Shown here: positions 1 through 8,231 of the stretch, one piece after another
How the letters are laid out: every line of letters starts with the position of its first letter
How positions within the stretch are numbered: position 1 is the first letter of the stretch
Virus genome (UHGV): UHGV-2204638
DNA: 36,601 nt
Origin: a virus
Direction: 5' to 3' (one strand)
Made by a program: the position numbers and the translations under genes
Notes under the pieces: model-generated
What the model was told of the DNA's origin: nothing
Seen by the model: only the letters and a program-made list of their open reading frames with translations
Database searches by the model: none

Positions 1-115
1 AAGGAAAAGATTAAAATATATACAGACACTTCTAAATTAATTTATGATTTATTCGGGGTTAAATCGGAGAAATAATATGTGAAGTTCTTCGATGGTATGG
101 AAGGCATTACATAAA

Positions 116-146
116 AGAACCCAATGCTTATTGGGTTCTTTTTTTC
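116..146 (+). terminator. Putative rho-independent terminator
   Basis: Hairpin agaacccaat-gctt-attgggttct followed by a run of seven T. Confidence 0.4.
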
Positions 147-685
147 TCTATCAGTGCTATTAGCAGGGAGAGATATCACCGGAGTTTAATGTGTGATTTT
201 TATTTATCGTCGAACCTGGATTGTTTATCATTGGCCTTAACAAAGCTAACGGCTAATAAGATTATTTCCATCACTTCGTGAGAGCTTCATGCCTTGAGAG
301 GATCTCAATTTTCTTTTGCAATGAGACAGGCGCTTCCTGTTGTTATGGTATAGTACCCCGTTATTGAGCCTCCTGAACAGTGATGCTGAATAACATAACC
401 CCATGATATATCGATAAAATAATCTCTACATTTGAAAATGCACGGTAATTCTGAAATGCAAAAAATCAACCAAACCAGCGCAATGCCTGAAAAAACTGAC
501 GTTCACTGGAGTGGTCGGTTTAGCGTTGCACCAATGCTCGATAGGATGTACCGTTGTTGAAAAACAAGTAGTTATACACTCTGTGGGAGCCTATTGGGAA
601 CCCGGCGTTTTCATTTCAAGGTGTAATCCATACGCGGCTTAAGAATGAGATATAATGCGACTTTTAGTGTTCCGCTTGAGAGGCC

Positions 686-1222
686 ATGATGCTTACCCTG
701 GACGAGATAGGTCAATCAGTACGTAACAATATCCAGTTGATTATTGATCATGTCGGCTTACCTCTTGCTGTTGGTCCGCTCAGTGATGATGATTACAAGA
801 TTCTGTGTGGTGGCTATGGTGAGCTTGAATGGGACTATGCGTTAAGCACCTATGGCAACTCCAGAGAAAAGTATGAGTTCTGCATAAAACTTGTTCAGCA
901 AGGTCGGGTTCAGGGAATACCATCAGGAGCAGCAATTTGTGTTTATGGGGTTGAAGAAAACATCTTTCGTATCCATATGATCGAAAGGTTTTCTAGAGAA
1001 GATGAATCTCACCCATTGAAAGGGCGCATGGTTTTACTCACTCTTATGAGTGCTTTTATATTTTGTAAAGCTGTTGAATGTAAAGTTGTCCACATTGTAG
1101 AGCCAGTACCAGAACTGGTGCAGTATTACGAGTCTTTTGGTTTCCGCATGGAACAGTGCGGTTATGTGATGTCTGCAGTCATTGATGAGCTGCAGGATAT
1201 CTTTCTTAAATTTGCTCAGTAG
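686..1222 (+). CDS. Hypothetical cargo protein, possibly GNAT-fold acetyltransferase-like
   Basis: 178-aa ORF in an AT-rich block with gagagg RBS and a TATAAT-like box about 30 nt upstream. The C-terminal VHIVEPVPELVQYYESFGF stretch resembles the GNAT beta4-alpha3 motif; this is from memory and weak. Confidence 0.45.
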   Translation: MMLTLDEIGQSVRNNIQLIIDHVGLPLAVGPLSDDDYKILCGGYGELEWDYALSTYGNSREKYEFCIKLVQQGRVQGIPSGAAICVYGVEENIFRIHMIERFSREDESHPLKGRMVLLTLMSAFIFCKAVECKVVHIVEPVPELVQYYESFGFRMEQCGYVMSAVIDELQDIFLKFAQ

Positions 1223-1418
1223 GTATAGACGAGAAGGGTCTACAAATTGTAGGATACCCGTCCAGATTACCTTAAAGGTACATCTATGGCAGTCGTTTTG
1301 TGCTTAAACTACTAAGAAACGATGTCACCAATCGACATGATCGATTGGCATAAGTTAGCGAAACAAGCTAGCTTTAAAGAGAGGGTTAGAGACGCCTTTA
1401 CTGTCTCGGGAGTTTTCT

Positions 1419-1592
1419 ATGAAAGATCAAAAAGCAACCAAGCCACAGGTTAAGTTCGACACAATGAAAGCATTCGCAGGTATGGGTGCTGCTGTTGAAG
1501 TTCTGATGAAGGCTGCTCCTAATGCGTTCACTCACGCTACTGTCTCTGGTAAAGAGCAGCAGGGTAAGCTTCGTCGTCGCAAAGCAGCATGA
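1419..1592 (+). CDS. Small hypothetical protein (57 aa)
   Basis: ORF MKDQKATKPQVKFDTMKAF... read directly from sequence, below the ORF-track cutoff. A terminator follows immediately. Confidence 0.35.
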   Translation: MKDQKATKPQVKFDTMKAFAGMGAAVEVLMKAAPNAFTHATVSGKEQQGKLRRRKAA

Positions 1593-1610
1593 TCATAGCT
1601 GGTGCTTTTT

Positions 1611-1640
1611 GAAAACCCGCCTTCAGGCGGGTTTTTTCTT
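1611..1640. terminator. Bidirectional rho-independent terminator
   Basis: gaaaacccgcc-ttca-ggcgggttttttc with A-tract upstream and T-tract downstream, sitting between the convergent genes ending at 1592 (+) and 1640 (-). Confidence 0.6.
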
Positions 1641-1921
1641 TAGTGATGTTCTTTGCCCTTCTGTTTGCCTGTTCTGACCTGTTCCCACTCGATACGTCCT
1701 TCTTCTCGTCTTTTGTCTATGTATTCCGCAAGATCCTGAATATTGATGCAACGTTTTGCTTTTTGTGATGTGCCGATGCGATATGTTGGAACGGGCAACT
1801 TACAAGCGTTTGCTTTTGCTTCTGCCGTGGCTGGACTCATGCCAAAGTACTTCTGGCTAACTGCTGAGAGTTCAATGTTAGGGGTATTGAATTCAGCCAT
1901 CAGTAAAAACAAGGTGTTCAT
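1640..1921 (-). CDS. PrtN/AlpA-type excisionase-like DNA-binding protein
   Basis: N-terminus MNTLFLLMAEF... is typical of PrtN-family excisionase-like prophage proteins (from memory). Start chosen at the ATG at 1921, which has GGAG 8 nt upstream; the track ORF extends to 1948 with a GTG. Confidence 0.6.
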   Translation of the reverse strand: MNTLFLLMAEFNTPNIELSAVSQKYFGMSPATAEAKANACKLPVPTYRIGTSQKAKRCINIQDLAEYIDKRREEGRIEWEQVRTGKQKGKEHH

Positions 1922-1957
1922 AATTTTCTCCATCAAAACCGGCTGCACCCGGGAAAA

Positions 1958-2530
1958 TCATAATTCTGTGCTGGTGGCAGGAATTAGTTTCTGCCAGATA
2001 GCGGAAACATATTTTGCCTGATGACGGGCATCAGCCAGGGCGTTGTGCCGTTCGCCATCGAAAGGCATGTCCATTTTTGGGTCGAATCCGATGGAACGCC
2101 CAAGCGTAATGATCGTGCGTACATCGTGGTCATTCCAGTACGCCCACGGGCAGATTTGTCCTGCTCGCTCGTAAGCTCCACGTAAAATTACGTTGTCGAA
2201 GGTGGCCCCGTTACCCCAGACTTTTAAATATTTTGTATTGTCTGCATGCTGATTAATGAAATGGCTCAGTTCAGAGAGTGCATCGCTGATCGACAAAGTA
2301 TCATCAATACAGATTGCAGCTCGTGCTTCAGAGCTCTGTTTCAACCACCACAGGATGGTATCGCCGTCAGGTGTAGCTCCTTGCTCCATAGCACTTTCCA
2401 GGCTAACAACCGTATAGAATTCTTGTTCGATGTCTCCGGTTTCTGGAGTGAAGAACACCGCGCCAATGGAAACGATCGGTGCATCCTTATTTTTCCCCAT
2501 CGTCTCAAGGTCGATCATTAAGTTATTCAT
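1958..2530 (-). CDS. DEDD-type 3'-5' exonuclease
   Basis: 190 aa; the MIDLETMG N-terminal motif and later acidic and H-x-A-x-x-D motifs fit DnaQ-like exonuclease motifs I-III. Confidence 0.6.
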   Translation of the reverse strand: MNNLMIDLETMGKNKDAPIVSIGAVFFTPETGDIEQEFYTVVSLESAMEQGATPDGDTILWWLKQSSEARAAICIDDTLSISDALSELSHFINQHADNTKYLKVWGNGATFDNVILRGAYERAGQICPWAYWNDHDVRTIITLGRSIGFDPKMDMPFDGERHNALADARHQAKYVSAIWQKLIPATSTEL

Positions 2531-3231
2531 TACTTCACCTCCTGCGGCGGTTCCGGTAGCGGCATCCAGTGAGTTGCTTGCTCAATACCATTACCCGGCT
2601 TAATCGTTGCATCTCCGCGCCGAAAGGTGCTTCCGGTATAGCGTGCGGAGCATATTAGCGGTTCAACCAGAGAGCTATCGAAATTCACTGAAATAAGCAC
2701 GTTCTGATTCTTTTCCGGCATTCGATCACTACAGCTTATCCAACCATCCGGAGTTACCGGAGAGTTGCCACCGTGAATATTTTCCGGAATATTTTGTTGT
2801 GCGTTTTGTGGTTGTTCGGATTTACCCTGAAGCATAGCGGCACGGCAGGCGTTCCAGCCTCTCACCTCTGCAATAGCGGCAAAAGCATCAACCGCGTACA
2901 TGCTAAGAGGATTAGGCATTGGTTTTTCTTCCGGTACTACTGGCACTGGAGGGGCGGCATAAAACTTCGTCCCCAGCGGCAACAACTTCATCGCTTTTTC
3001 TCCCTTAATGATGCGATAAGTTGATTTCCCGCCAAGGTCTACCGTTCCATCCATAACAAGGCCGAGTCGCTTCTCTGAAACCTCACCAATAGGCTCTGCT
3101 TCCAGCGATGCCAGAGCAATTCGTGCCAGTTCTTCCGCTTCTTCTGCTGGCAGTACAACGTTGCTACCAGGTCCGTATGTTTCGCGCCACTGCTTGATTG
3201 TCAGCAGTCGCTCTTTGGTAATAGTGATCAT
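2530..3231 (-). CDS. Phage protein with DUF551-like C-terminus
   Basis: 233 aa; start overlaps the stop of the downstream gene; C-terminal HWMPLPEPP motif. Confidence 0.5.
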   Translation of the reverse strand: MITITKERLLTIKQWRETYGPGSNVVLPAEEAEELARIALASLEAEPIGEVSEKRLGLVMDGTVDLGGKSTYRIIKGEKAMKLLPLGTKFYAAPPVPVVPEEKPMPNPLSMYAVDAFAAIAEVRGWNACRAAMLQGKSEQPQNAQQNIPENIHGGNSPVTPDGWISCSDRMPEKNQNVLISVNFDSSLVEPLICSARYTGSTFRRGDATIKPGNGIEQATHWMPLPEPPQEVK

Positions 3232-3307
3232 GCCGCGTTTCCTTCTTTCTTATTAACAATTACACCGTCATATATTTCATTAAGGTGCCCTCTCAACTCC
3301 ATGCGCC

Positions 3308-3742
3308 TTAATGCAGATAACATGTAATCGCATTCAACCTGCTTATTTCCAGTAAATGGCTTATCGTCAGGATTACCCCAACAGCAATTACCCTTGGGCA
3401 CCCATGCACTTTCCGTACTCTTCCGTTAACAACGTGAAGTAATCCCCAGCCAGGTGGTAAATCCTCAATTGAAATAATTCCCGGCTCACTAATAAAGAAT
3501 CGCCAGTCGCCCATTCCAAGAGACGGATTTTTACGAAAACGCTTTTTTCTATCTGCCAACAAGTCAGCACGAGAACATTTCGCCTCTATCAGGCATGATG
3601 CTGAATTTCTGAATCCCATAGCATCTGGCTGTTCTCCGGTACTGGTTACAGCTATAAAGCGGTCATGAAAACAAACCTTGAACCCGTTGCGCTTAAGGAA
3701 CTTGTACGCAATCTGACAGAGTTCGCGGTGTGTTAACGCCAT
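3308..3742 (-). CDS. PD-(D/E)XK nuclease-like protein, possibly frameshifted at the 3' end
   Basis: QPDAMGF...CLIEAK matches a PD...(D/E)xK signature. The last ~45 aa look non-protein-like and an alternative frame (3388..3570) is open. Confidence 0.4.
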   Translation of the reverse strand: MALTHRELCQIAYKFLKRNGFKVCFHDRFIAVTSTGEQPDAMGFRNSASCLIEAKCSRADLLADRKKRFRKNPSLGMGDWRFFISEPGIISIEDLPPGWGLLHVVNGRVRKVHGCPRVIAVGVILTISHLLEISRLNAITCYLH

Positions 3743-3743
3743 A

Positions 3744-4136
3744 TCACTCTCCTTTGATGCGAATGCCAGCGGCGCGGATTGCAGCGATGACCTCAGAAAC
3801 TTTGTATGCCATTACCGTTTGGTAATCCTCGTGAAAATCTGTTCGATGAAGCATGCTGCTAAGTTCTGGGAGCGATATTTCCCGCGCTTCCAGTTCTGCA
3901 ATGCGCTTCTCTGCGGCTTCCAGCGCATTTACCAGATCATCAACGATTCCAGCAGATTGGCGTGCGTAATCTGTAATTGCCAGCTCGCATTCAATTTCAG
4001 TTCCGTTTTCGTTTGTGTGGCAAATAGCAAAGTAATCGGAGTCGATTTCGTTATCAGCCAAACGCCTCAGCGTGTCGGCAACCAGCACTCCGTTTTCAAT
4101 CAGCATCTCTGTTGCGCGTTTGTTGATGTTGCTCAT
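3744..4136 (-). CDS. Hypothetical phage early protein
   Basis: 130-aa ORF in a chain of overlapping stop/start codons. Confidence 0.45.
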   Translation of the reverse strand: MSNINKRATEMLIENGVLVADTLRRLADNEIDSDYFAICHTNENGTEIECELAITDYARQSAGIVDDLVNALEAAEKRIAELEAREISLPELSSMLHRTDFHEDYQTVMAYKVSEVIAAIRAAGIRIKGE

Positions 4137-4891
4137 TGGGCGGCCTCCTGGCGGTCTATGCGTTCAATTTCGGCCAGAATAAGTGCGCCAGCTTTCACAA
4201 GGTCACGACGCGGCCCAGATTGCTTCCACCAATCAGGAGCCCACGGCCAATGCGCTGGCGTTGAGAGGCCTTGATTGTGTGCGTTAATCGCATAGCAAGC
4301 TGCAGCATCTGCCAGCTCACTGTTTTGATAGGCGTCGTCATGCTCAGACGTCCAGCCCTCAACGGCTTTCTGCCGCTGGCGCTCTGCTATCACATCTAGA
4401 ATTGCAGGATTGAACGTCCGCGCCTCCAGTTCTGCTATTTGATTCTCTGCTGCGTAGAGTTTGCGCTTCAGTTCTACGTTTTCCTCAGAAAGAGATACCG
4501 CTGCCTCCCAATTAACGATCCCCTCATGGCAGGCCTCCTGATATGCCGTCAGCACAACATCAAACAGATTGCCATCCTGTAGCAGCTTAGCCAGTTCAGG
4601 CTTCCAGGCTACGCAGTCATCATCAGGGTCCTGCATGTTGTAGACGTAAGTATCAAAGGCACCCATCAAGCGCCCGAATCCACCTTTGTCGTCTACCAGC
4701 ACTTGCCAGGCACGGAGAAGAAACAGTTTTTGATTACGATCTAAATCCGTCCGGGATAGTTCATCGGCGATAATGCTGATTTCACTACCGTTCCAGCGAG
4801 CGTCATTCCGTTGTGCCGCATGAAACAACTTCCAGAAATACTCGGTTTCTTCTTGGTCCGGGCGGCATTGCTTCAGTGTATGGACTGTCAT
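4133..4891 (-). CDS. Hypothetical phage early protein (Ea22/DUF550-like C-terminus)
   Basis: 252 aa; C-terminal HWPWAPDWWK...AGALILAEIERIDR resembles a conserved prophage C-terminal domain (from memory). Confidence 0.45.
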   Translation of the reverse strand: MTVHTLKQCRPDQEETEYFWKLFHAAQRNDARWNGSEISIIADELSRTDLDRNQKLFLLRAWQVLVDDKGGFGRLMGAFDTYVYNMQDPDDDCVAWKPELAKLLQDGNLFDVVLTAYQEACHEGIVNWEAAVSLSEENVELKRKLYAAENQIAELEARTFNPAILDVIAERQRQKAVEGWTSEHDDAYQNSELADAAACYAINAHNQGLSTPAHWPWAPDWWKQSGPRRDLVKAGALILAEIERIDRQEAAQ

Positions 4892-5205
4892 GCTGCACCG
4901 CCTTCAACGTTACGTAACCAGATGCATACCGCGCCATCTTCGGTGTTGTGAATTGAACCGACAAACCAACCTTCACCGGCTGGCGATTCTGGCTGCCAGG
5001 CTGAAATATCGTAACCATCAACTTCAGGATCGATGTCTTCTTCATCCCGGTAAACTACCGTCCATTCGAGGCCGTTTTTATCCAGCCAGGCGTTGAACTC
5101 ATCAGGTGAGATAAATTCACGACCATCGCAAAATTGCTCATAGACGGGGTGAGTCCAGTAGCCGTATTGGTCGCGTTCTACTGGTAATGCCGTAAATTTG
5201 CTCAT
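4888..5205 (-). CDS. Hypothetical phage early protein
   Basis: 105 aa, overlapping-stop operon member. Confidence 0.45.
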   Translation of the reverse strand: MSKFTALPVERDQYGYWTHPVYEQFCDGREFISPDEFNAWLDKNGLEWTVVYRDEEDIDPEVDGYDISAWQPESPAGEGWFVGSIHNTEDGAVCIWLRNVEGGAA

Positions 5206-5456
5206 TGGGCTGCTCCTTTGCGGACGTTTCGCAGAAGCTGGTTAAATATCAGCGTTAAGTTATTGCTGCATCCAAACGGCAGATCATTGACGCGGTATGT
5301 CGGTATCCCACCGCGTGCGCCAGACTTAACAATTCTCCCTGTTGCATAAAGCTGAGATAGTGCGCTGGCTACGGCTGGCGTCTTTTTACCCATCGCCCTT
5401 GCGATTTCACCGCTGGTGGCGTTCGGGTGGCCCTGGAGATATTCAAATACGGTCAT
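5202..5456 (-). CDS. Small winged-helix DNA-binding protein
   Basis: 84 aa; TSGEIARAMGKKTPAVASALSQLYATGRIVK looks like a wHTH. Confidence 0.45.
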   Translation of the reverse strand: MTVFEYLQGHPNATSGEIARAMGKKTPAVASALSQLYATGRIVKSGARGGIPTYRVNDLPFGCSNNLTLIFNQLLRNVRKGAAQ

Positions 5457-5620
5457 TGCGTTTTACCTTTACGTTCCTGTTCCAGTTGCGCCAATGATTC
5501 GGTTAATGCTGCGAACGTAGCTTCAAGCCTGGTAGCGACTTCGCGCATAAGCGATGCATGCTTTGGTGGCAATTCAGCCACGGAGGCAAACGCCTCCGCC
5601 ACGAGTTCTTTTACCTTCAT
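5453..5620 (-). CDS. Small hypothetical protein (55 aa)
   Basis: ORF MKVKELVAEAFASV... read from sequence, below the track cutoff. Its start and stop overlap the neighbouring genes in ATGA fashion at both ends. Confidence 0.4.
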   Translation of the reverse strand: MKVKELVAEAFASVAELPPKHASLMREVATRLEATFAALTESLAQLEQERKGKTQ

Positions 5621-6156
5621 GCGGCGCATTGACGCTGCTCCATCAACTCATTAAAGCGATTTATGAACATGCCGTATGACTGGCCTGGACGAACTGGATT
5701 GATGATGAATAGGTCCGTCGGGACAACGCCATCGAGGCATGGCCACACGGAACCTTCGTCAATCTCAAAATCGCGGCGTTCGCTGGCGAGCATCACCAGA
5801 TCGGCATATTTCACTGTTGGGTGTTGCTCCGTCGGTAGGCCAAATTTCTGGCGAATAGCAGCGTCTACGCGAGCTTCGATCACCTGGTAATCCGGTAACA
5901 GGCGCTTAAGCGGTGAGGGAATATCTTGCAGGTAGGCTTCGGCGGCATCATGAAGCAGTGCTTCTAAGGCAAACTCCTGCGGAACGAGATGGCTGGTTAA
6001 AACGCTATGCTGGCCGACGCTGTAAAACTCAGGAAGATGCCCTGCAAAGCGGCAGATATGAGACAACGCGGTAGCAATATCCTCGATCACGATATCGTCC
6101 TGTTGGATATCGAGGTAATTAAAATGTTTGCCGGATAATGTCTGAATGTAGCTCAT
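5617..6156 (-). CDS. HD-domain phosphohydrolase
   Basis: ALLHDAAEAY contains the HD motif. Start chosen at the ATG at 6156 with GGAG upstream. Confidence 0.6.
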   Translation of the reverse strand: MSYIQTLSGKHFNYLDIQQDDIVIEDIATALSHICRFAGHLPEFYSVGQHSVLTSHLVPQEFALEALLHDAAEAYLQDIPSPLKRLLPDYQVIEARVDAAIRQKFGLPTEQHPTVKYADLVMLASERRDFEIDEGSVWPCLDGVVPTDLFIINPVRPGQSYGMFINRFNELMEQRQCAA

Positions 6157-6264
6157 GGTTTTCTCCATATTGGCGCGCTGCACCGCGCCATTAAATTAAT
6201 GAATTGCTGAATTTAGCGTGCAGCAACCCAACCCATGCTTATGGGGGTAATTGTTGCCTGGTGT

Positions 6265-7182
6265 TTATCGCTTGGCTTCGCCGCCGAGAGAGGTTGTTAA
6301 TCCGTTAATGAGAGAGATAAGCTCGCCGGTCATCAGAACAAAGTCAGCGTCGAACCTCTGAGCCGCATCCTCACGGTCGATATCGTCGTTTTGTTCTGTA
6401 ATCTCATTAGAGAACTTAAGGCGTTTGATGCTGCCGTCATCGCAAAGAACGAACTGAATGCGCTGTTGCCAGTCGATAGACAGCTTTGTAACTACTTTGC
6501 CAGCTTCCAGATGCACATGAATTTCGTCACTGACCAGAGTCTGTTTTTTAAAGCGTCCAATACCACCATCTTCAAGAATAGCTTTCAGTTCGGCTTCATC
6601 ACCCAGGCCAAAGCCAGCAGGCGCACTACCGGAACGAACCCATTCGGTCATAGTTAGTTCGATCGGCGTTTCCATAGTCAGCGGTACCACCGGGAGAGAA
6701 CCGAGAGTTTTACGAAGCAGGGCCAGTGAGTCTTCGGCACGTTTAGCGCTGGCTGCATCAACCATGATCAGACCGTCGGTGACGTTGATCCACAAACTAA
6801 CAGTCGAGTTTTTGGAGAACGCCCGAGGAAGCAGGGAGTGCAACACTTCATCACGCAGCGAATCTTTCTCAGTTTTTTTGAGGCGACGCCCCTGATCGGA
6901 TTCCAGACGCGACACACGCTTGCGCAGTTCTTCAGCAATGACAGGAGATGGCAGTATTTTTTCTTCCCGGCGAATAACCAACAACACTTGATTATTGACA
7001 GTGTGATGCAAGCGATCTGACAGCTGACCAAGTGGTGATACCCAACCGGTTTTTGCCATATCCTGGCTACCGCATGGAGTGAAGCGAAATAGTTCAAGCT
7101 GCTGTTCCAGCTCTTCCTGGTTGATGGTGAAATCGCGATTAATGCGATACACCAACATATTTTTGAAAAACGGATTGTTCAT
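6265..7182 (-). CDS. rdgC: Recombination-associated protein RdgC homolog
   Basis: 305 aa, collinear and strongly similar to E. coli RdgC as recalled ([42 protein letters not shown]). Confidence 0.9.
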   Translation of the reverse strand: MNNPFFKNMLVYRINRDFTINQEELEQQLELFRFTPCGSQDMAKTGWVSPLGQLSDRLHHTVNNQVLLVIRREEKILPSPVIAEELRKRVSRLESDQGRRLKKTEKDSLRDEVLHSLLPRAFSKNSTVSLWINVTDGLIMVDAASAKRAEDSLALLRKTLGSLPVVPLTMETPIELTMTEWVRSGSAPAGFGLGDEAELKAILEDGGIGRFKKQTLVSDEIHVHLEAGKVVTKLSIDWQQRIQFVLCDDGSIKRLKFSNEITEQNDDIDREDAAQRFDADFVLMTGELISLINGLTTSLGGEAKR

Positions 7183-7339
7183 TCTCGGTTCCTCAACGCC
7201 TCTGCACCGGCGCTAAAAAGTTAGTTTCTCCATACACAACAGAGAAGGGCACCTGCATTGGTCGGCGGCTTGCAGAGACCGCTTTCTTTTTGCCCGGGTG
7301 GATTGGGTTATGAGCCCGTCGCCCGGTGATGCCCTTTTC

Positions 7340-7401
7340 TGTTGTGCCCTGAAAAAGGCTGGCGGTTACCGGAAATACACGGGAAAACACCGGGCCGCCA
7401 G
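7340..7401 (-). terminator. Putative tL1-like intrinsic terminator after the first leftward gene
   Basis: On the minus strand a 7+4 bp GC-rich hairpin (ctggcgg..ccgg / ccgg..ccgccag, 7359..7401) is followed within 3 nt by a run of five U; it lies in the 270-bp untranslated gap before rdgC. Confidence 0.4.
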
Positions 7402-7494
7402 AACAGGGAGTTACTTGTTATTGCTTTAGCCTGCTTTTAACCACATCAGGCGCGGTGGTATCTTGGTGTTCTCACACAACCAAGAGGGATGTTT

Positions 7495-7692
7495 ATGGGC
7501 GCTTTTGATAACCAGGAAATTACGTTACCCGCATGCCCTAAGTGCGGCACTAAGACGAAGAAGAAAATCGCTTGGCTCAAGTCGAACAAAAGTTTCACTT
7601 GTCGATGTGGAGCTACTATCAATGTCAACAGCAGCCAGCTTACTTCCGAAATCAGGAAGGTTGAGGACAAGCTGAAGAAGCTCTTTAAATAG
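7495..7692 (+). CDS. Small zinc-ribbon protein (65 aa), antisense to the 3' part of the ClpX-zinc-finger gene
   Basis: AAGAGGG RBS 7 nt before the ATG at 7495; CPKCG...(15 aa)...CRCG four-cysteine motif; lysine-rich C-terminus; a plus-strand terminator follows. Confidence 0.4.
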   Translation: MGAFDNQEITLPACPKCGTKTKKKIAWLKSNKSFTCRCGATINVNSSQLTSEIRKVEDKLKKLFK

Positions 7693-7890
7693 TTTTTTAT
7701 CGACTGATATTATTTCGTTATCAGAGGTTGGTTTTTCAGCCTCTGATTTTTTAGTCAGGATCATTTTTTCTACACATGTGACTACGCATTCCGAACAGAT
7801 GGCAGGTTCGTCCTTACCACCTTTTGCGACGATCTTTATCGCTCCCAGTTCGGTTGCTCCGCAAAATGAGCATGTGAATAAATGATTCAT
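7525..7890 (-). CDS. ClpX-type zinc-finger protein, first gene of the leftward operon
   Basis: CSFCG...(16 aa)...ICSECV matches the ClpX N-terminal C4 zinc-finger pattern. ATG at 7890 has GAGG 7 nt upstream. The C-terminal half is low-complexity and overlaps the plus-strand ORF 7495..7692. Confidence 0.5.
   Translation of the reverse strand: MNHLFTCSFCGATELGAIKIVAKGGKDEPAICSECVVTCVEKMILTKKSEAEKPTSDNEIISVDKKLFKELLQLVLNLPDFGSKLAAVDIDSSSTSTSETFVRLEPSDFLLRLSAALRACG
7720..7752 (+). terminator. Rho-independent terminator, plus-strand specific
   Basis: 8-bp stem atcagagg/cctctgat with a 12-nt loop, then six T; the reverse complement has no U-run. Confidence 0.5.
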
Positions 7891-7994
7891 GTAAACCTCT
7901 ACCCCCAACCTAAGTTTTCTGTCAGCGAATCATCCGGTCATTCATACGCCACCGGCGGCTACTTCGTGGGCGTCCTGCCTGTTCGTTACTGCAA

Positions 7995-8050
7995 CATCTT
8001 TAAGTTGTAATCTAGTTGTTGTTTTGGTTGTTGTCAACAACTTTATGTGG
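7995..8050 (-). promoter_or_regulatory. Leftward early promoter (pL-like) with operator-like palindromes
   Basis: The minus strand reads TTGACA (plus 8032..8037), a 17-nt spacer, then TAGATT (plus 8009..8014). The palindrome GTTGTTG-T-CAACAAC and AAGTTGT repeats overlap the promoter. Confidence 0.4.
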
Positions 8051-8099
8051 TTTTGACGGATGTGAAATGAGGGCAAGGGTTATCAAAAAAGGAGGTTGT

Positions 8100-8204
8100 A
8101 TGGACGATGCGCTTTTAATTACACAAGGGACACTTTCCTTCCGTGATTGGAAACTCTCAAATCACGGGAGGAAGATTGAAAAGGCGGGTAATAATGGTAA
8201 CTAA
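8100..8204 (+). CDS. Candidate small ORF (34 aa) convergent on cI
   Basis: Strong AGGAGG RBS 5 nt before the ATG; contains an 8-bp hairpin ccgtgatt/aatcacgg (8133..8165). Speculative. Confidence 0.25.
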   Translation: MDDALLITQGTLSFRDWKLSNHGRKIEKAGNNGN

Positions 8205-8231
8205 ATTTCTGAAGGAAGGTTTTTTGATGCA

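Noticed and set aside
7346-7359. boxB-like sequence GCCCTGAAAAAGGC, resembling the lambda nut-site hairpin
   Set aside because: It is on the plus strand while the early-left operon is on the minus strand, and the stem is imperfect. It is better explained as the complement of the U-run of the minus-strand terminator at 7340..7401.
7193-7390. 65-aa minus-strand ORF in the gap upstream of rdgC
   Set aside because: No RBS, composition unlike a protein, and it overlaps the predicted terminator hairpin; most likely non-coding.
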